Shown: piece by piece, positions 40,401 to 49,816 of the stretch
How positions within the stretch are numbered: the first letter of the stretch is position 1
Layout: each line of letters opens with the position of its first letter
IMG/VR virus record: IMGVR_UViG_3300046170_000505
Reading direction: 5' to 3' (one strand)
DNA length: 64,000 nt
Source of the DNA: a virus
Notes under the pieces: generated by a model
What the model was told of the DNA's origin: nothing
The model's database searches: none
Seen by the model: only the letters and a program-made list of their open reading frames with translations
Program-made: the position numbers and the translations under genes

Positions 40401-42672
40401 AGAAGAATTATACAGTACAGATATTTATTTTTATGGAATCGCAAATTCCTCTTACAGAAAAGATGTTAAAATATATTTTCCGCCAAACCCAGATCAAAGA
40501 GATAGGATTATAAAAGTTTATAAATTAAATAGAGAAAGAAACGCGGTAAAAGAGGGAGAGCAAGCAGCTAGATATAGAGAAAAATTTGCATTAGCTTCCA
40601 TAACAGAAATTACTCCAGTTAAATTAAATTATCCTAATTCAGTTTTAATTGGAACAAGAGTAAATGCTAAAGACGTTTCAACCATACCAAAAAGAACATA
40701 TTATTTAAGAATGAAAACTGTCCAAGTACCATCCAATTACGACAGTGAAAGCAGAAGGTACACTGGTAACTGGAATGGAGAGTTCAAGCCTGAACCTGAA
40801 TGGACAGATAATCCAGCTTGGTGTTTATATGATCTAATATCTAATAAAAGATTTGGAGTGGGCAGGTTTGGTATAAAAGAAGAAAATATTGATAGGTGGA
40901 CTTTATATAAAATAGCAAAATATTGCGACCAAATGGTGCCAACTGGATATAGCCCTAAATACAAAAAAAGAACATTTGCCGAAATTAGTAACCTATCTAC
41001 CCCAGAGTTCCTAAAAGAATTTAATTATACTGGAAAAAAATTAGCAATATTTTACGATGACGGAACATACGAATCAATAACAATTTCATCAATAGATAGA
41101 AATCAAAAAACAATGTCATTGAGTGTTGAACCTAAAAACAATCAGTTTAAGTGTGCAGTAGAAATAGATTATCCACTCGTAGAACCAAGATATACTTTAA
41201 ATGCATACATAATGGATAAACAAAATGCTTTTAAATTAATAAATGAATTTGCGTTAATTTTTAGAGCTTATTCCTATTGGTCTGGAGGCGCCATTAATTT
41301 CTTTCAAGACGAAAAGAAAGAGGCTGTTATGCTTTTTTCAAACAACAATATTTCTGAGGCAGGATTTGCTTATTCAAGCACTCCAAAATCATCAAGAACA
41401 AACGCTTGTAATATAAGATACACGGACAGATATAATATGTATCGCCCTAAAATGGAGAGGGCAGAGGATAGAGAAGCCGTCCATGAAAACAACATGATAG
41501 AACAAACTATAGATGGGTTCGGTATAACTTCTCAAGCGCAAGCAAAAAGAGCAACTGAATTCTTGGTAAAATCTGCAAATATGGAAACAGAAATTCTATC
41601 TTTCCAAACAAGTATGATAGGTTCTTATTTAAAGCCTGGAGACGTTATTGACGTGCTCGATAATAAAAGAACCGTAGGTAGGTTTGCTGGACATATAGTA
41701 GATATACAAGTTGATTCAAGAGGTATGATGGCAGAAGTTACGATTGACCATCCTATGCATACAATTATTGAGCCTTTCAATAAATTAACATGGAAAAATA
41801 TTGAAATATACCAGCCATCTGGAAATGAAACAATAGCGTCATTAGATTCAGCTACAGGCGTAACAGATGAAGATATTAATAATATGAGGTTTAAACAATT
41901 TGGCACGTATCAAGTTTTTGATATAGACAATGATGGAAAAACTTTAAAATTATATAATGATCTATTTACTTTTGTAGAAGGAAGCTTTACTTGGTACGAA
42001 GCTATTTTAGACGCAAGAGAAAAAGGTGGAAGAGTTGCGCAGATAACTGATGAATCATCTCAACTGCTGTCTGAAATAGTTTTACCCAAAGATCAAATAG
42101 CTTGGCTTGGGGGGTATAATAGAGAAGAACCGCCTCCTGAAAAATTAGTTTGGGAAAACTCTCCAGATTGTAATGATGGAATACAGTATTTTAATTGGGA
42201 GAAAGATTACCCTAAATTTTCGGCTGGCATAGAGACAGACAACCAAGATGAAAATTTTATAGCTGATGATCCTTTTAGTGATTCATTTTTAGCAGGAGAC
42301 CACCCAGAGGGATTAAGTGGACATAGATTCATAACTATAAACGGATCGGAAAATGAAGATGAGCATGGAAAATGGAAACATGAAAAACTAAGTCAAAGAT
42401 TCGGGTATATATTAGAAAAAATATCAAATGATTCTTTAGAAAAAATAGCAGAATCTGCGGGGACTACTTTTATTTTAAATGACTCAGTAAACTTTGCTAA
42501 ACCTAAACAGTATAAAGTTATTAATATAACAGAAGAGTCTAACGGTTTATTTAATATTCAAGCTCTAGAATACGATATAGATAAATTTGATAATATCGAA
42601 AAAGATATATCAATTAAAAACCCAGAGAATCCTGTGATTTTTACAAGTGATAGTATTTACTATAACGATTAA
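37453..42672 (+). CDS. Fusion of tail assembly protein I and central tail fibre/tip protein J, with inserted domains including a C-type lectin
   Basis: gpI part: VYLHGELGKRFG...EAVNAL...HVFPVPQGSGG...IPVGYGKMIVGSNVIS. gpJ part: DLVSEGEIDG; YPNSVLIG...VQVPSNYD...YTGNWNGEFK...WTDNPAWCLYDL...IDRWTLYKIAKYCDQMV...EPRYTLN; LKPGDVI. Confidence 0.9.
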   Translation: MKNVYLHGELGKRFGKKWELNVFTPGEAVNALFANEPEIERYLFKKQQEGICYGIKKSNSRSFATAEECNLLTEKDLHVFPVPQGSGGFITSLLVMAATTAASIYISKKMAEAMERDESVLQVQTKSYLYNGTENKFQQGATIPVGYGKMIVGSNVISSCNINYDYNSETQRIFSFSNGLYSLIPSYSPHYFVDLGPLVSSFARSVFDGESRYRMVDPAFQYIARLADATEFGTIDGLYGGFESVDSQTNRTVKMEKQGNSIGGYYYYFYNFAKGVNQAFLGNFDENTGNWYPSAKITDAENQRYAITERDAISSSFVCLQSVPIKESSQGNEKIFYPIIFSEDSLPYLKENQNVSLTTRFLKALGASAENQPETNGAFPVQVGQRYRGGLKSNGVGWYKLESTSIAKSIDLVSEGEIDGFSDKNGKKLEFDREFKLNDPNQSTESLSSAATPAPTREPDNDYLQGVFLDDIPVKEISFETQDGGLDGYNINEFDIDMSLGSEDQELLEDQYLFTANTKEIGTVLYGPRTVNFAEYSYALPSNPFQQGVTYAQGEMVTYEENSVTTTYQVMQNTDEEFSKSGDYQSGSFVYIGEPPDSTFYEATEFIDEYKIFSGEHVTHDGSNFSTYSPDDTVRSRRYNDTMGYYKMGPDANKFLGTYSSAIDYSNQQGSVIMNNALRGGPNTNAGIFIITGTQMVPGDSISSFATGISMVDESDQEYIDYGRDPVYMMSEFSNEFVGGQIEFMPQKLNETDGTFSPDPTNAVTVNIPTEIVSHVDISPSKEPTLWNEKQLTKPSDLEGIFRELQGSDLDNLVARKLQEENYEAHRVINPLVEEAYVSLQIDELMYVYEGDEINVEYKIGKLWTFLLLGLSAYHIYKSVKAIPVVATYTGLAESALMAQKVAIAPPQPAASAALALITSHTLTNAAKETSDGVASGVLVGVLGIILSFVLGNHRFKIGTKVENSGEFWPNKARFRIKYGNEGEELYSTDIYFYGIANSSYRKDVKIYFPPNPDQRDRIIKVYKLNRERNAVKEGEQAARYREKFALASITEITPVKLNYPNSVLIGTRVNAKDVSTIPKRTYYLRMKTVQVPSNYDSESRRYTGNWNGEFKPEPEWTDNPAWCLYDLISNKRFGVGRFGIKEENIDRWTLYKIAKYCDQMVPTGYSPKYKKRTFAEISNLSTPEFLKEFNYTGKKLAIFYDDGTYESITISSIDRNQKTMSLSVEPKNNQFKCAVEIDYPLVEPRYTLNAYIMDKQNAFKLINEFALIFRAYSYWSGGAINFFQDEKKEAVMLFSNNNISEAGFAYSSTPKSSRTNACNIRYTDRYNMYRPKMERAEDREAVHENNMIEQTIDGFGITSQAQAKRATEFLVKSANMETEILSFQTSMIGSYLKPGDVIDVLDNKRTVGRFAGHIVDIQVDSRGMMAEVTIDHPMHTIIEPFNKLTWKNIEIYQPSGNETIASLDSATGVTDEDINNMRFKQFGTYQVFDIDNDGKTLKLYNDLFTFVEGSFTWYEAILDAREKGGRVAQITDESSQLLSEIVLPKDQIAWLGGYNREEPPPEKLVWENSPDCNDGIQYFNWEKDYPKFSAGIETDNQDENFIADDPFSDSFLAGDHPEGLSGHRFITINGSENEDEHGKWKHEKLSQRFGYILEKISNDSLEKIAESAGTTFILNDSVNFAKPKQYKVINITEESNGLFNIQALEYDIDKFDNIEKDISIKNPENPVIFTSDSIYYND

Positions 42673-43457
42673 TTAATTAAGCCAAGCATTACCCTAGCAT
42701 CTTTAGCGTCTATATCAGACCAATCTTCCGCTTTTTTAATAGAATCGTTAGAATATATTCCTTCTATTTTTTCTTGCCACCAAACTTTAATATGGCTTGA
42801 TTTAAAGTCAGAAAAAGATTCACAGCCTAAAACTTCTAAAGCTTTGTTTTGAAGAGAAGAAGTTGGGCTTAAAGGATTTGCTGGAGAAGAAGCTTTATAT
42901 TTGGGGGTTACCTTGCTTGGGCCGTCTGATTTATCTATTTCATCATCACCCACGATATGAACTTGAAGAAAGTTTCTAACACACCTTACGAAAGCTCTAT
43001 TGCAAGCTATGGTCTCTAAAAATTTGGTTGCAAAACTACTTGTATTGTTAAGGGTTGCATTGGCCATGTCTTGAAAAGTTACAGGCTCACCAAATGTTTC
43101 ATAGTTTGGAAGAAATGTCATTGTGCAAATAACCGCAACATGTTCTTCTTCACATTTTACTACTTCATAAGATAACTTAGAAAATCCTCTTAGCTTAGCA
43201 AGCTCTTTTATTCCTCCAAGTTTAATAAGGAGCTGATGATCCGCTAAGCCTTCAGTAGATCTTGGTGTATCTTTTCCTCTATTTTGAAACCATAATTTAT
43301 TAGGAAATAAATGGTCTTCTTTAACCATAGCTCTCCAATTTATAGAACCATCTTCATTAAATTCGTAGTCAGTATTAATTAATAAACCATCACTGTCTCT
43401 TGAAAATATAGATGGTCCTGATTTGCGCTTAGTATCTGAGCTTTTTGTTCTTGGCAT
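42669..43457 (-). CDS. Putative Rad52/Sak-like single-strand annealing protein
   Basis: LLIKLGGIKELAKLRGF...FQDMANAT...FLETIACNRAFVRCVRNFL resembles the [A/C]ETRAxxRAxR signature of phage SSAP-like proteins. An SSB gene lies in the same strand block. Confidence 0.5.
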   Translation of the reverse strand: MPRTKSSDTKRKSGPSIFSRDSDGLLINTDYEFNEDGSINWRAMVKEDHLFPNKLWFQNRGKDTPRSTEGLADHQLLIKLGGIKELAKLRGFSKLSYEVVKCEEEHVAVICTMTFLPNYETFGEPVTFQDMANATLNNTSSFATKFLETIACNRAFVRCVRNFLQVHIVGDDEIDKSDGPSKVTPKYKASSPANPLSPTSSLQNKALEVLGCESFSDFKSSHIKVWWQEKIEGIYSNDSIKKAEDWSDIDAKDARVMLGLIN

Positions 43458-44619
43458 AATTATATATATTTAAATGTTGGAATTCTTCCCAAAAATCTTT
43501 ATTGTCAATGACTTTTTGATGTTCTTGGGTTTTTTCTATTCCTTGCTTCCATGCTGCTTTACTGCTGTATTTTTTGTTTTTTGAAATTAAGGTTTTATTA
43601 CTGTGATAGTATGTATCATCACATAATTCTGAAGTAAAGTCAAGATCTTTTTTGAGATAATCGACGTATTCTTCAACCGTATAATCAAAAAACTTCAAGC
43701 GTAAGTCGGGAAGTTTGTCTTTATGCCTAGAAATTAAATTAAAATTTATACTTAGTTTATTTAAGTTTTCAAAGTATTCTTCATGAAACTCATGTTCTCC
43801 TAAAAATATTGTTAAGCCCGCTATATTATCTTTGAAAAAATTTATTGTATTTATGTCGATAGGCTTATTAATCATTAAGTTAGTTTTTCTTGTTAACCAC
43901 TTAATAAGAGACTCTTCCATAACATCGTAGTCACATCTTAGGTTGATAAGTTTTCCTTGAAAATCATTATCATTTGGAATAAAGTCTGGAATTATTTCAG
44001 TTATTATATTTTGATAATGATAGCCTATGTTTAGGGTTTCTATATCCGATAAATCATTCTTTATATCAAGTAAATCCAGAACAGCTTTAGCTACTTCTTC
44101 TGGGTTTATTTCATTTACTCTTTTTATGTTTTCATCAAATCTAAAAGATGGTTTTTGCTCTGTAAAATCTGGAGCAAAAAGTTTTACTTCACTATTTTTA
44201 TTCCATATAGGAGAAGCATTTTGAATATAAAGGTTAGAGAATAGGGACACAATTTTTTTATCATAAGCACTGGCTATGTGCATGGGCAAACTATCTATAC
44301 CTAAATGAAGTATTGCGCGCTTAATAATATAAGACATTTGCTTAAAAGAAGCGCCCCTGGTATCTTGGTCACAAAAAGAAGTTTGAGGATCATCAGGACC
44401 ACCAACTTGTATGATCGATATATTGTTCTTTTTTAAATAATCTGTTATTAATCCATAAACAGTGGGCCAATGATCATAATGTTTTGCTTTAACCTTCTCG
44501 TTATTGGTGTGAAAGGTTATATATTTTTCTTTTAATATTGGAAAAAAATGAGGATCTAAAGTAGGTTCGCCAATTTTTACCCCCAAAGATTTTGCATACT
44601 CTTCAACAAGGTGACTCAT
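43429..44619 (-). CDS. GT9 (heptosyltransferase-like) glycosyltransferase
   Basis: IIQVGG...LHLGIDSLPMHIASAYDKKIVSLF matches the GT9 DS-x-x-x-H-x-A motif. Confidence 0.7.
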   Translation of the reverse strand: MSHLVEEYAKSLGVKIGEPTLDPHFFPILKEKYITFHTNNEKVKAKHYDHWPTVYGLITDYLKKNNISIIQVGGPDDPQTSFCDQDTRGASFKQMSYIIKRAILHLGIDSLPMHIASAYDKKIVSLFSNLYIQNASPIWNKNSEVKLFAPDFTEQKPSFRFDENIKRVNEINPEEVAKAVLDLLDIKNDLSDIETLNIGYHYQNIITEIIPDFIPNDNDFQGKLINLRCDYDVMEESLIKWLTRKTNLMINKPIDINTINFFKDNIAGLTIFLGEHEFHEEYFENLNKLSINFNLISRHKDKLPDLRLKFFDYTVEEYVDYLKKDLDFTSELCDDTYYHSNKTLISKNKKYSSKAAWKQGIEKTQEHQKVIDNKDFWEEFQHLNIYNYAKNKKLRY

Positions 44620-45005
44620 GAATATTTTTCGTAAGATTTTTCTTCTTTTAATTCAGAGCCGCACTCTTCGTTAATTTTATTTTTTATGTCAAACCTTTTA
44701 TCATTTGTTATGTACACAGATCTGGCTAAAAAAATAAATTCGCTATCGAAATCTTTTCTTTTTTCCGCAACCCTTATTTGATCTTCTATGTTCCAGAGGG
44801 AGGCGTTCACTTGATAAAGCTCTTCACTTCTTTTCTCAAGATTTTCGTATTTACTTAATTTTTCTTTTGCAATATTGTTTAAATATTCTAATTCAAGTTT
44901 TACATTTTTAAGCTTTTCTTCATCTTTTATTTTAAAAGATTTAATCTTAAGTATAGATATTTTATCTAAAAGTTCGCCTACTGATATTGGTGTTTCAATT
45001 TTCAT
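44616..45005 (-). CDS. DUF6165-like protein
   Basis: PISVGELLDKISILKIK...VNASLWNIEDQIR...FIFLARSVYITNDKR...EEKSY. The likely ATG is at 45005. Confidence 0.75.
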   Translation of the reverse strand: MKIETPISVGELLDKISILKIKSFKIKDEEKLKNVKLELEYLNNIAKEKLSKYENLEKRSEELYQVNASLWNIEDQIRVAEKRKDFDSEFIFLARSVYITNDKRFDIKNKINEECGSELKEEKSYEKYS

Positions 45006-46914
45006 ATAATTCAATTTGCATTTTATCTTCTCCGTTATGCACGTAATTTAAGATTTTTTGAGTCCCTATATGGGGTAGGTATGCTATACTAAAATACCCT
45101 TTATGCGAACTTGAGCCTTCTAGCATCAGTAAGCTATCGCAACTTTCGTCGTAAGGTATTAATTTATGAATGTTTACATTGTCTTCTATTAAAGGGTAAA
45201 ATATGGGCTTAGTAATAAAGTATATATCTTTATCGGGGTATAAAGATTTCAAATTATCAATTAAAGAATTTACCATTAATACATCACCAGCGCTACCAGG
45301 CATAACTATGGCAACTCTATTGTCAGGAGAATCTCCATCTAAATAATCTTCTATAGTTTTCTTGTTGAAAATTTGTTCGTTTTCTTTAGAGGCAACTTCT
45401 TTAAAATAGTTTAATATTTTTTCTCTAGGAAATTTTTCTTTTATTTTCTTCATCCAATGTTTGTGCCCTTTATCAGAAGAAGGATCAACCTTCATATTTA
45501 AAATATTTAAATATATATCTGCCAACCAGTCTGAGTCACTTAGATTTTCGTTAGGCTCATAATCTGGGTTTCTTGGTTTTTCTTCAAAATCAAAATCCCA
45601 ATCAATATTGGGCATGTTGTCGAATATAGATTCAAGCTGGCCGCCTATAACTTTTGTTGAGTAGTTTTCTATAACAAATTGCCTAGAAGTTTTTCCTTTT
45701 TTTATCTTTTTAGAAAGATCCATTTTATAAACTTCTTCAAGTTGTTTTGCTATACTTGATGGCGAAGTACTAGCTTTTATAAATTGAGTTCCTGGCTCTC
45801 TGTATTCAGACCAAGACAAAGGAAGCCCTCCGCTTTCTTCTGTGCAATGATCTTCTCCGCAACTATAATCTGTAACCAATGTAATTAATTCTGTTAATTT
45901 AGCTTCTTGTATTGGTATTTCCTGGCCGCCAGATGTAAATGGGTGGCAATATACATCCATTAAATTATAAATTTCATTCAATTGTTTTTCAGAAACTCCA
46001 TGTGCGGCAGTAATTGTATTTTGAGATTTTTCAGCTTTACAAAATCTACAATCTTGTTCTTGCCCAGAGAAAGGCCTAACATCATAACTCTTGCATTCTT
46101 TACAAAAATAAGTAGTTAGTACTCTTAGGTTGTCTATTTTTTTCTCTTTTATTAGTCTAGGTATATCCCAACCCTCAGCCCAACTAGTATGAAGTAATAA
46201 CTTAGCATTAGATTCAGGATTATTTTCGCAAAATTCCTTAAAGCCGTCAAGCAAATTGGGGACGCTTTTCCTTAGTTGATTTCTAAAAACAAACCCTATT
46301 ATAAAACTATTAGAGTCAATTCTATACTTTTTTCTTAAAGAATCTTTTTCTTCTTCTTTTAATTTGAAAAAGTGTTTATCATCAACAATACCCCTTAGTG
46401 TTTTGATATGCTTGTGGCCCAATTTATGCATTTCTCTTTCAGCAAAACTTGCCCAGCAGAAATAATTTTTTACATAGTCGGCTGCTTCAATAGCTAAAGG
46501 CAGTATGGGCTCTGAGTCTAAAGTGGTCCAAACCATGCAGTTTGTTTTATTCCACCACTTTTTATCCCAATACTTATTAAAGCCCCAAATATCTTCTGCA
46601 CCCACATAGACGTCAGGCTGAAATTCTTTAATTAAAGAATCGATTGTTTCTCCACCATAAGACGCAGCCCTAGCTAAGTTTGGGTCTTTATTTAGTTGAG
46701 CGAGTCTTGCCTGACTGTCTGGTAAAGTTCCGACGCACTTCCATGGCATTTTTTTTAAAGCAGGGTTGCTTTTGGTAAACCCATTTGCAGCTTCTATTAT
46801 TTCGTATTTACCTGTTTTATATAAATAAGTTAATACGTTTTTACAATTTTTACCAAAACCAGTAAAAGCCTTACTATGATTGCTGTGAAATAATATTTTT
46901 TTCTTTTTACCCAT
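44995..46914 (-). CDS. GT4-family glycosyltransferase with a Cys-rich insert and a C-terminal GT9 N-like domain
   Basis: TGFG...RNQLRKSVPNLL...CKEC...CRFC...LNEIYNLMDVYCHPFTSGGQEIPIQEAK. The C-terminus reads MPGSAGDVLM. Confidence 0.75.
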   Translation of the reverse strand: MGKKKKILFHSNHSKAFTGFGKNCKNVLTYLYKTGKYEIIEAANGFTKSNPALKKMPWKCVGTLPDSQARLAQLNKDPNLARAASYGGETIDSLIKEFQPDVYVGAEDIWGFNKYWDKKWWNKTNCMVWTTLDSEPILPLAIEAADYVKNYFCWASFAEREMHKLGHKHIKTLRGIVDDKHFFKLKEEEKDSLRKKYRIDSNSFIIGFVFRNQLRKSVPNLLDGFKEFCENNPESNAKLLLHTSWAEGWDIPRLIKEKKIDNLRVLTTYFCKECKSYDVRPFSGQEQDCRFCKAEKSQNTITAAHGVSEKQLNEIYNLMDVYCHPFTSGGQEIPIQEAKLTELITLVTDYSCGEDHCTEESGGLPLSWSEYREPGTQFIKASTSPSSIAKQLEEVYKMDLSKKIKKGKTSRQFVIENYSTKVIGGQLESIFDNMPNIDWDFDFEEKPRNPDYEPNENLSDSDWLADIYLNILNMKVDPSSDKGHKHWMKKIKEKFPREKILNYFKEVASKENEQIFNKKTIEDYLDGDSPDNRVAIVMPGSAGDVLMVNSLIDNLKSLYPDKDIYFITKPIFYPLIEDNVNIHKLIPYDESCDSLLMLEGSSSHKGYFSIAYLPHIGTQKILNYVHNGEDKMQIELYEN

Positions 46915-47444
46915 CAAAAGGTTCAGTGTATTTACTATTTTTATTTATTCTGTGAGAATATAATTTAGCGAGTAGTAATTCTAAAAACCTGATAATACAT
47001 TCGCATTCACCTGGATCTAGGGAAATTTTAAAAGTTTGATTTCCGTTCTTAGTCATTGTCATACCAAAAGCTGGAACTTTTTGTTTGGTAGATTCGTAAC
47101 CTTTTGTTTGTGGATTAAACTTTTGGATAGTGACAGGCTTATCCCATGGGGTTAATTTGATTGTAGTTTTATTTTCTTTGCTTTGGTGAAAAGTGTTCCA
47201 TTCATATCTTTCTTTTATACATGATATAATTGCGCCACATTCAAATTCATTGAATTTTACAGATATATTTTTTATCTGGATTTTCAGAATTTTTTTGAAA
47301 AGAACCGACTCCGTTATTCCAAGAATACTGTGCTATTGCATTAACAAACATAACAGGCTCATTACTTTTCTTGTCTTTGCCTAAGCTAAAAGAAAACCCA
47401 AAGCCTGTGTTATCTTTATTTGGTTTATAAATTTGTATACTCAT
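46907..47444 (-). CDS. Hypothetical protein (~178 aa), split by one homopolymer frameshift
   Basis: MSIQIYKPNKDNTGFGFSFS...PDK continues in another frame as ISVKFNEFECGAII...FKISLDPGECECIIRFLE after the T-run near 47270. Confidence 0.6.
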
Positions 47445-47445
47445 A

Positions 47446-47833
47446 TTAATCGAATTCTATTTTTACGTTTTTATTTTCGTATGTCTTTTTTACTTGATCT
47501 AAATGTTTTGCGCCTTTTCTTTCTTTAGAGTAGTTTTCGTAATATTTTTTCCTTAATGGATCTACCCCACCGTTTTCTTTAGCTCTTTGATTTGAAAGTT
47601 CAGAACTTTTATCAAGCAAGTCTCCTACTGTACCTTTCATTTCGGCAGTTTTATTTACAAAATCATTATTATTCCATGGATCTATGGATCCTTGAGTGTT
47701 GAGTTGTGGAGAAGACAACTCCCTGTTCCATTCTAAACCTTGGTCGTCAATGTATTTCTTTTCATCATCCATGTGAAAGAAAAACCTCTTTTAGTTCTTT
47801 TGTTTTTGGATTGCTAAATATATATATTGGCAT
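47446..47833 (-). CDS. FmdB-like small protein, one frameshift near the 5' end
   Basis: ATG at 47833 gives MPIYIFSNPKTKELKEV, which joins FFHMDDEKKY... if one base is removed from the A-run near 47780. A perfect promoter lies just upstream. Confidence 0.55.
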
Positions 47834-47841
47834 AATGCAAG

Positions 47842-47870
47842 ATTATACAGTGCGGGGCACAAAATGTCAA
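47842..47870 (-). promoter_or_regulatory. Consensus sigma70 promoter TTGACA-17-TATAAT
   Basis: The minus strand reads TTGACA (47870-47865), 17 nt, then TATAAT (47847-47842). The ATG follows 8 nt later. Confidence 0.8.
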
Positions 47871-48165
47871 TTACTTTTTATCTAAACGACAACAAGATAA
47901 CTGAATTAAATCAAGAAGCGAATCAAAAAAACCAACAAAGAGCTGAAGAAGCAAAGGGTAAAAGAAAAACCCCGCTAGACTTTTGAATTAAAAAGTAGGA
48001 ATAAAGAGCAATAATCAATCCACTCCAAAAACCCAAGCAAAGACTACATTTAAAAAGCTCAGATAATATTTTAGAATGAAAAGTTAAAAACTTTCTTGGT
48101 GCGTCTAATATTGACCCATGTTTCAAAATCCACATTAAGCCAATGCAAGATATAGCCTCAATCAT
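47871..48165 (-). CDS. Small membrane protein, DUF1360-like (CxxCxGFW)
   Basis: ELFKCSLCLGFWSG plus hydrophobic helices. The called stop at 47923 follows an A7 run; removing one base extends the ORF to 47871. Confidence 0.55.
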
Positions 48166-48346
48166 CCTCTAAAGATTTTATAGCTTCACTGATTGCCAGT
48201 AAATTGTCTTTTTCCAAAATTACTTTGTTGTCAAAATCATCTGTTAGTTCATACATACCTTTGTGCTCTTCAGACTTTTTGATTGCAGGACAACGCCCTT
48301 TACCGCAACAAAGTAAAACTGTGTTATTTTCTTTTATAATATTCAT
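48158..48346 (-). CDS. Small Cys-containing hypothetical protein
   Basis: 62 aa with LCCGKGRCP, tightly overlapping both neighbours. Confidence 0.55.
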   Translation of the reverse strand: MNIIKENNTVLLCCGKGRCPAIKKSEEHKGMYELTDDFDNKVILEKDNLLAISEAIKSLEDD

Positions 48347-49432
48347 GATTGCATTAATTCTAATATTTTATCAATGGTTTTATTGTAATTAAATTGCTTT
48401 ATTAATTCTACGCCTTTTTTATTTTTTTGATTATTCTTTTTTTCAGCTAATTCACAAGCTTCGTAGAATTGCTCATCTGTAAAAGTTGACATTGTTCCTT
48501 GGTTGTAATCCTGACCCTCGGTGAAAAATATTTTATCATATATATCTTCTTGAGCGCTAGGTTCAATAAGTATTGAATTTTCATCGTTAGCCCAATCTTT
48601 GTGGGAGGTTGAGTTTAAAACAACACTCCACTTACCTAAGCAGGTAGAGTTAAAGGCTGGAAGATTCCACCCTTCTGCACCGCTAAGACCGCTTAGGTTT
48701 ATATCTATAGCGTTATAAACCTCATTCATTTCGGTGTTGGTTTTAACAAAAGGTAATAGGTTGATGTTTTTGTACATTTTTACCTTCTAGGGCTTTTAAT
48801 ATCAAAGAGTTTTTGCTGTTCTTTTTTAAAGAAAGGATTTGTTATGGAACAGGTTAACTGATACTTGTTATTATTTCCATACTTATCAGCCCACAGTTTT
48901 AATATCCTCGCAGTATGCTTTCTTTTTTCAAATTTTTCCAACTAAGCCAAAGTTAACTTTATCTTCTAAATATACCTTACCTGTTTCGTGAAAATCTTCA
49001 TCAAATCCTATTGGTATATATTCTGAATTGCTACAGCCGTTGTCTGTAAATATTTTCTTAGAATGAGAGCTGCTGAAGATTGTTCTATCTTGATAATTGC
49101 AAAGGTTTTTTTTCAATCAATGTTGGTTTATCGCATTCATAAAAAGTATACAAGAATTGTCGCTTTCCATATCTTATGTCAGAACCATTAATGTGCCACA
49201 TTCTTAAAGAAGGAGAGTCGGGAGATAAGTTCTTGTAACGATTTTCGTAGCTACTGTATACCCATTTCTTAAAATCATCTTCAGCTTTATCGAAGGCTGA
49301 AAAATCTAAGTTATTGCCTATTGGAAAATAACAAACTTCAATCTCTTTTCTGTAAAGATATTTTAAAAAATTATAAGATACATTCCCAAAGCTCAAGGGA
49401 TTTATTGGACCATTGTAGTTGATTTTATTCAT
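48343..49432 (-). CDS. GT4-like glycosyltransferase, split by about 3 homopolymer frameshifts
   Basis: Starts MNKINYNGPINPLSFGNVS at 49432 (TAATG overlap with ssb). Continues through the 48928-49116 frame (FGLVGK) to GLSGAEGWNLPAFN, a GT4 E-x-[FW]-x-L-P motif. Confidence 0.7.
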
Positions 49433-49816
49433 TAAAATGGCATTTCTTCTTCGTTTACGATTTCTTTTACGCTTTGCGCTGGTTCTGGCTCTTTTGGGGA
49501 GGAGTCGGGTTGTTTTTTTATCTTTTTGGAGGAACCTAACAAGGTCTGCGTTTATATAATATTTTTGTCTTTTGTTGCCACTTTTATCTTCCCATTTACT
49601 TATTTTTATTTTTCCTTCAATATATACTTGTGAACCTTTTTTTATAAACTTCTGGCAATTTTCAGCTGTTTTTCCCCACGATTCTACGTCAAGAAAAATG
49701 ACTTCATCCTTGGTTGAGTTTATAGCTATTGAGAATCCACATTTAAAATATTCTCCTAATTTTTTGCTTTCTGGATCTTTTGTAAGATTACCTATTCCTA
49801 TAAATTTATTTATCAT
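49432..49816 (-). CDS. ssb: Single-stranded DNA-binding protein
   Basis: NKFIGIGNLTKDPE...WGKTAENC...KGSQVYIEGKI...WEDKSG. Removing one base from the T7 run at 49513-49519 restores the acidic tip ...VNEEEMPF-stop. Confidence 0.9.

Noticed and set aside
41960-42430. Diversity-generating retroelement target
   Set aside because: No second near-identical copy differing at adenines and no reverse transcriptase were seen in the window.
42669-42680. TTAATTAATTAA palindrome at the convergent gene junction as a terminator or att site
   Set aside because: It is explained by overlapping stop codons in AT-rich DNA and has no GC stem.
49085-49816. Apparent SSB-glycosyltransferase fusion with an Arg/Lys-rich NLS-like linker
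   Set aside because: Removing one base from the T7 run at 49513-49519 restores a normal SSB ending EEEMPF-stop and a separate GT start. The basic linker is an out-of-frame reading.
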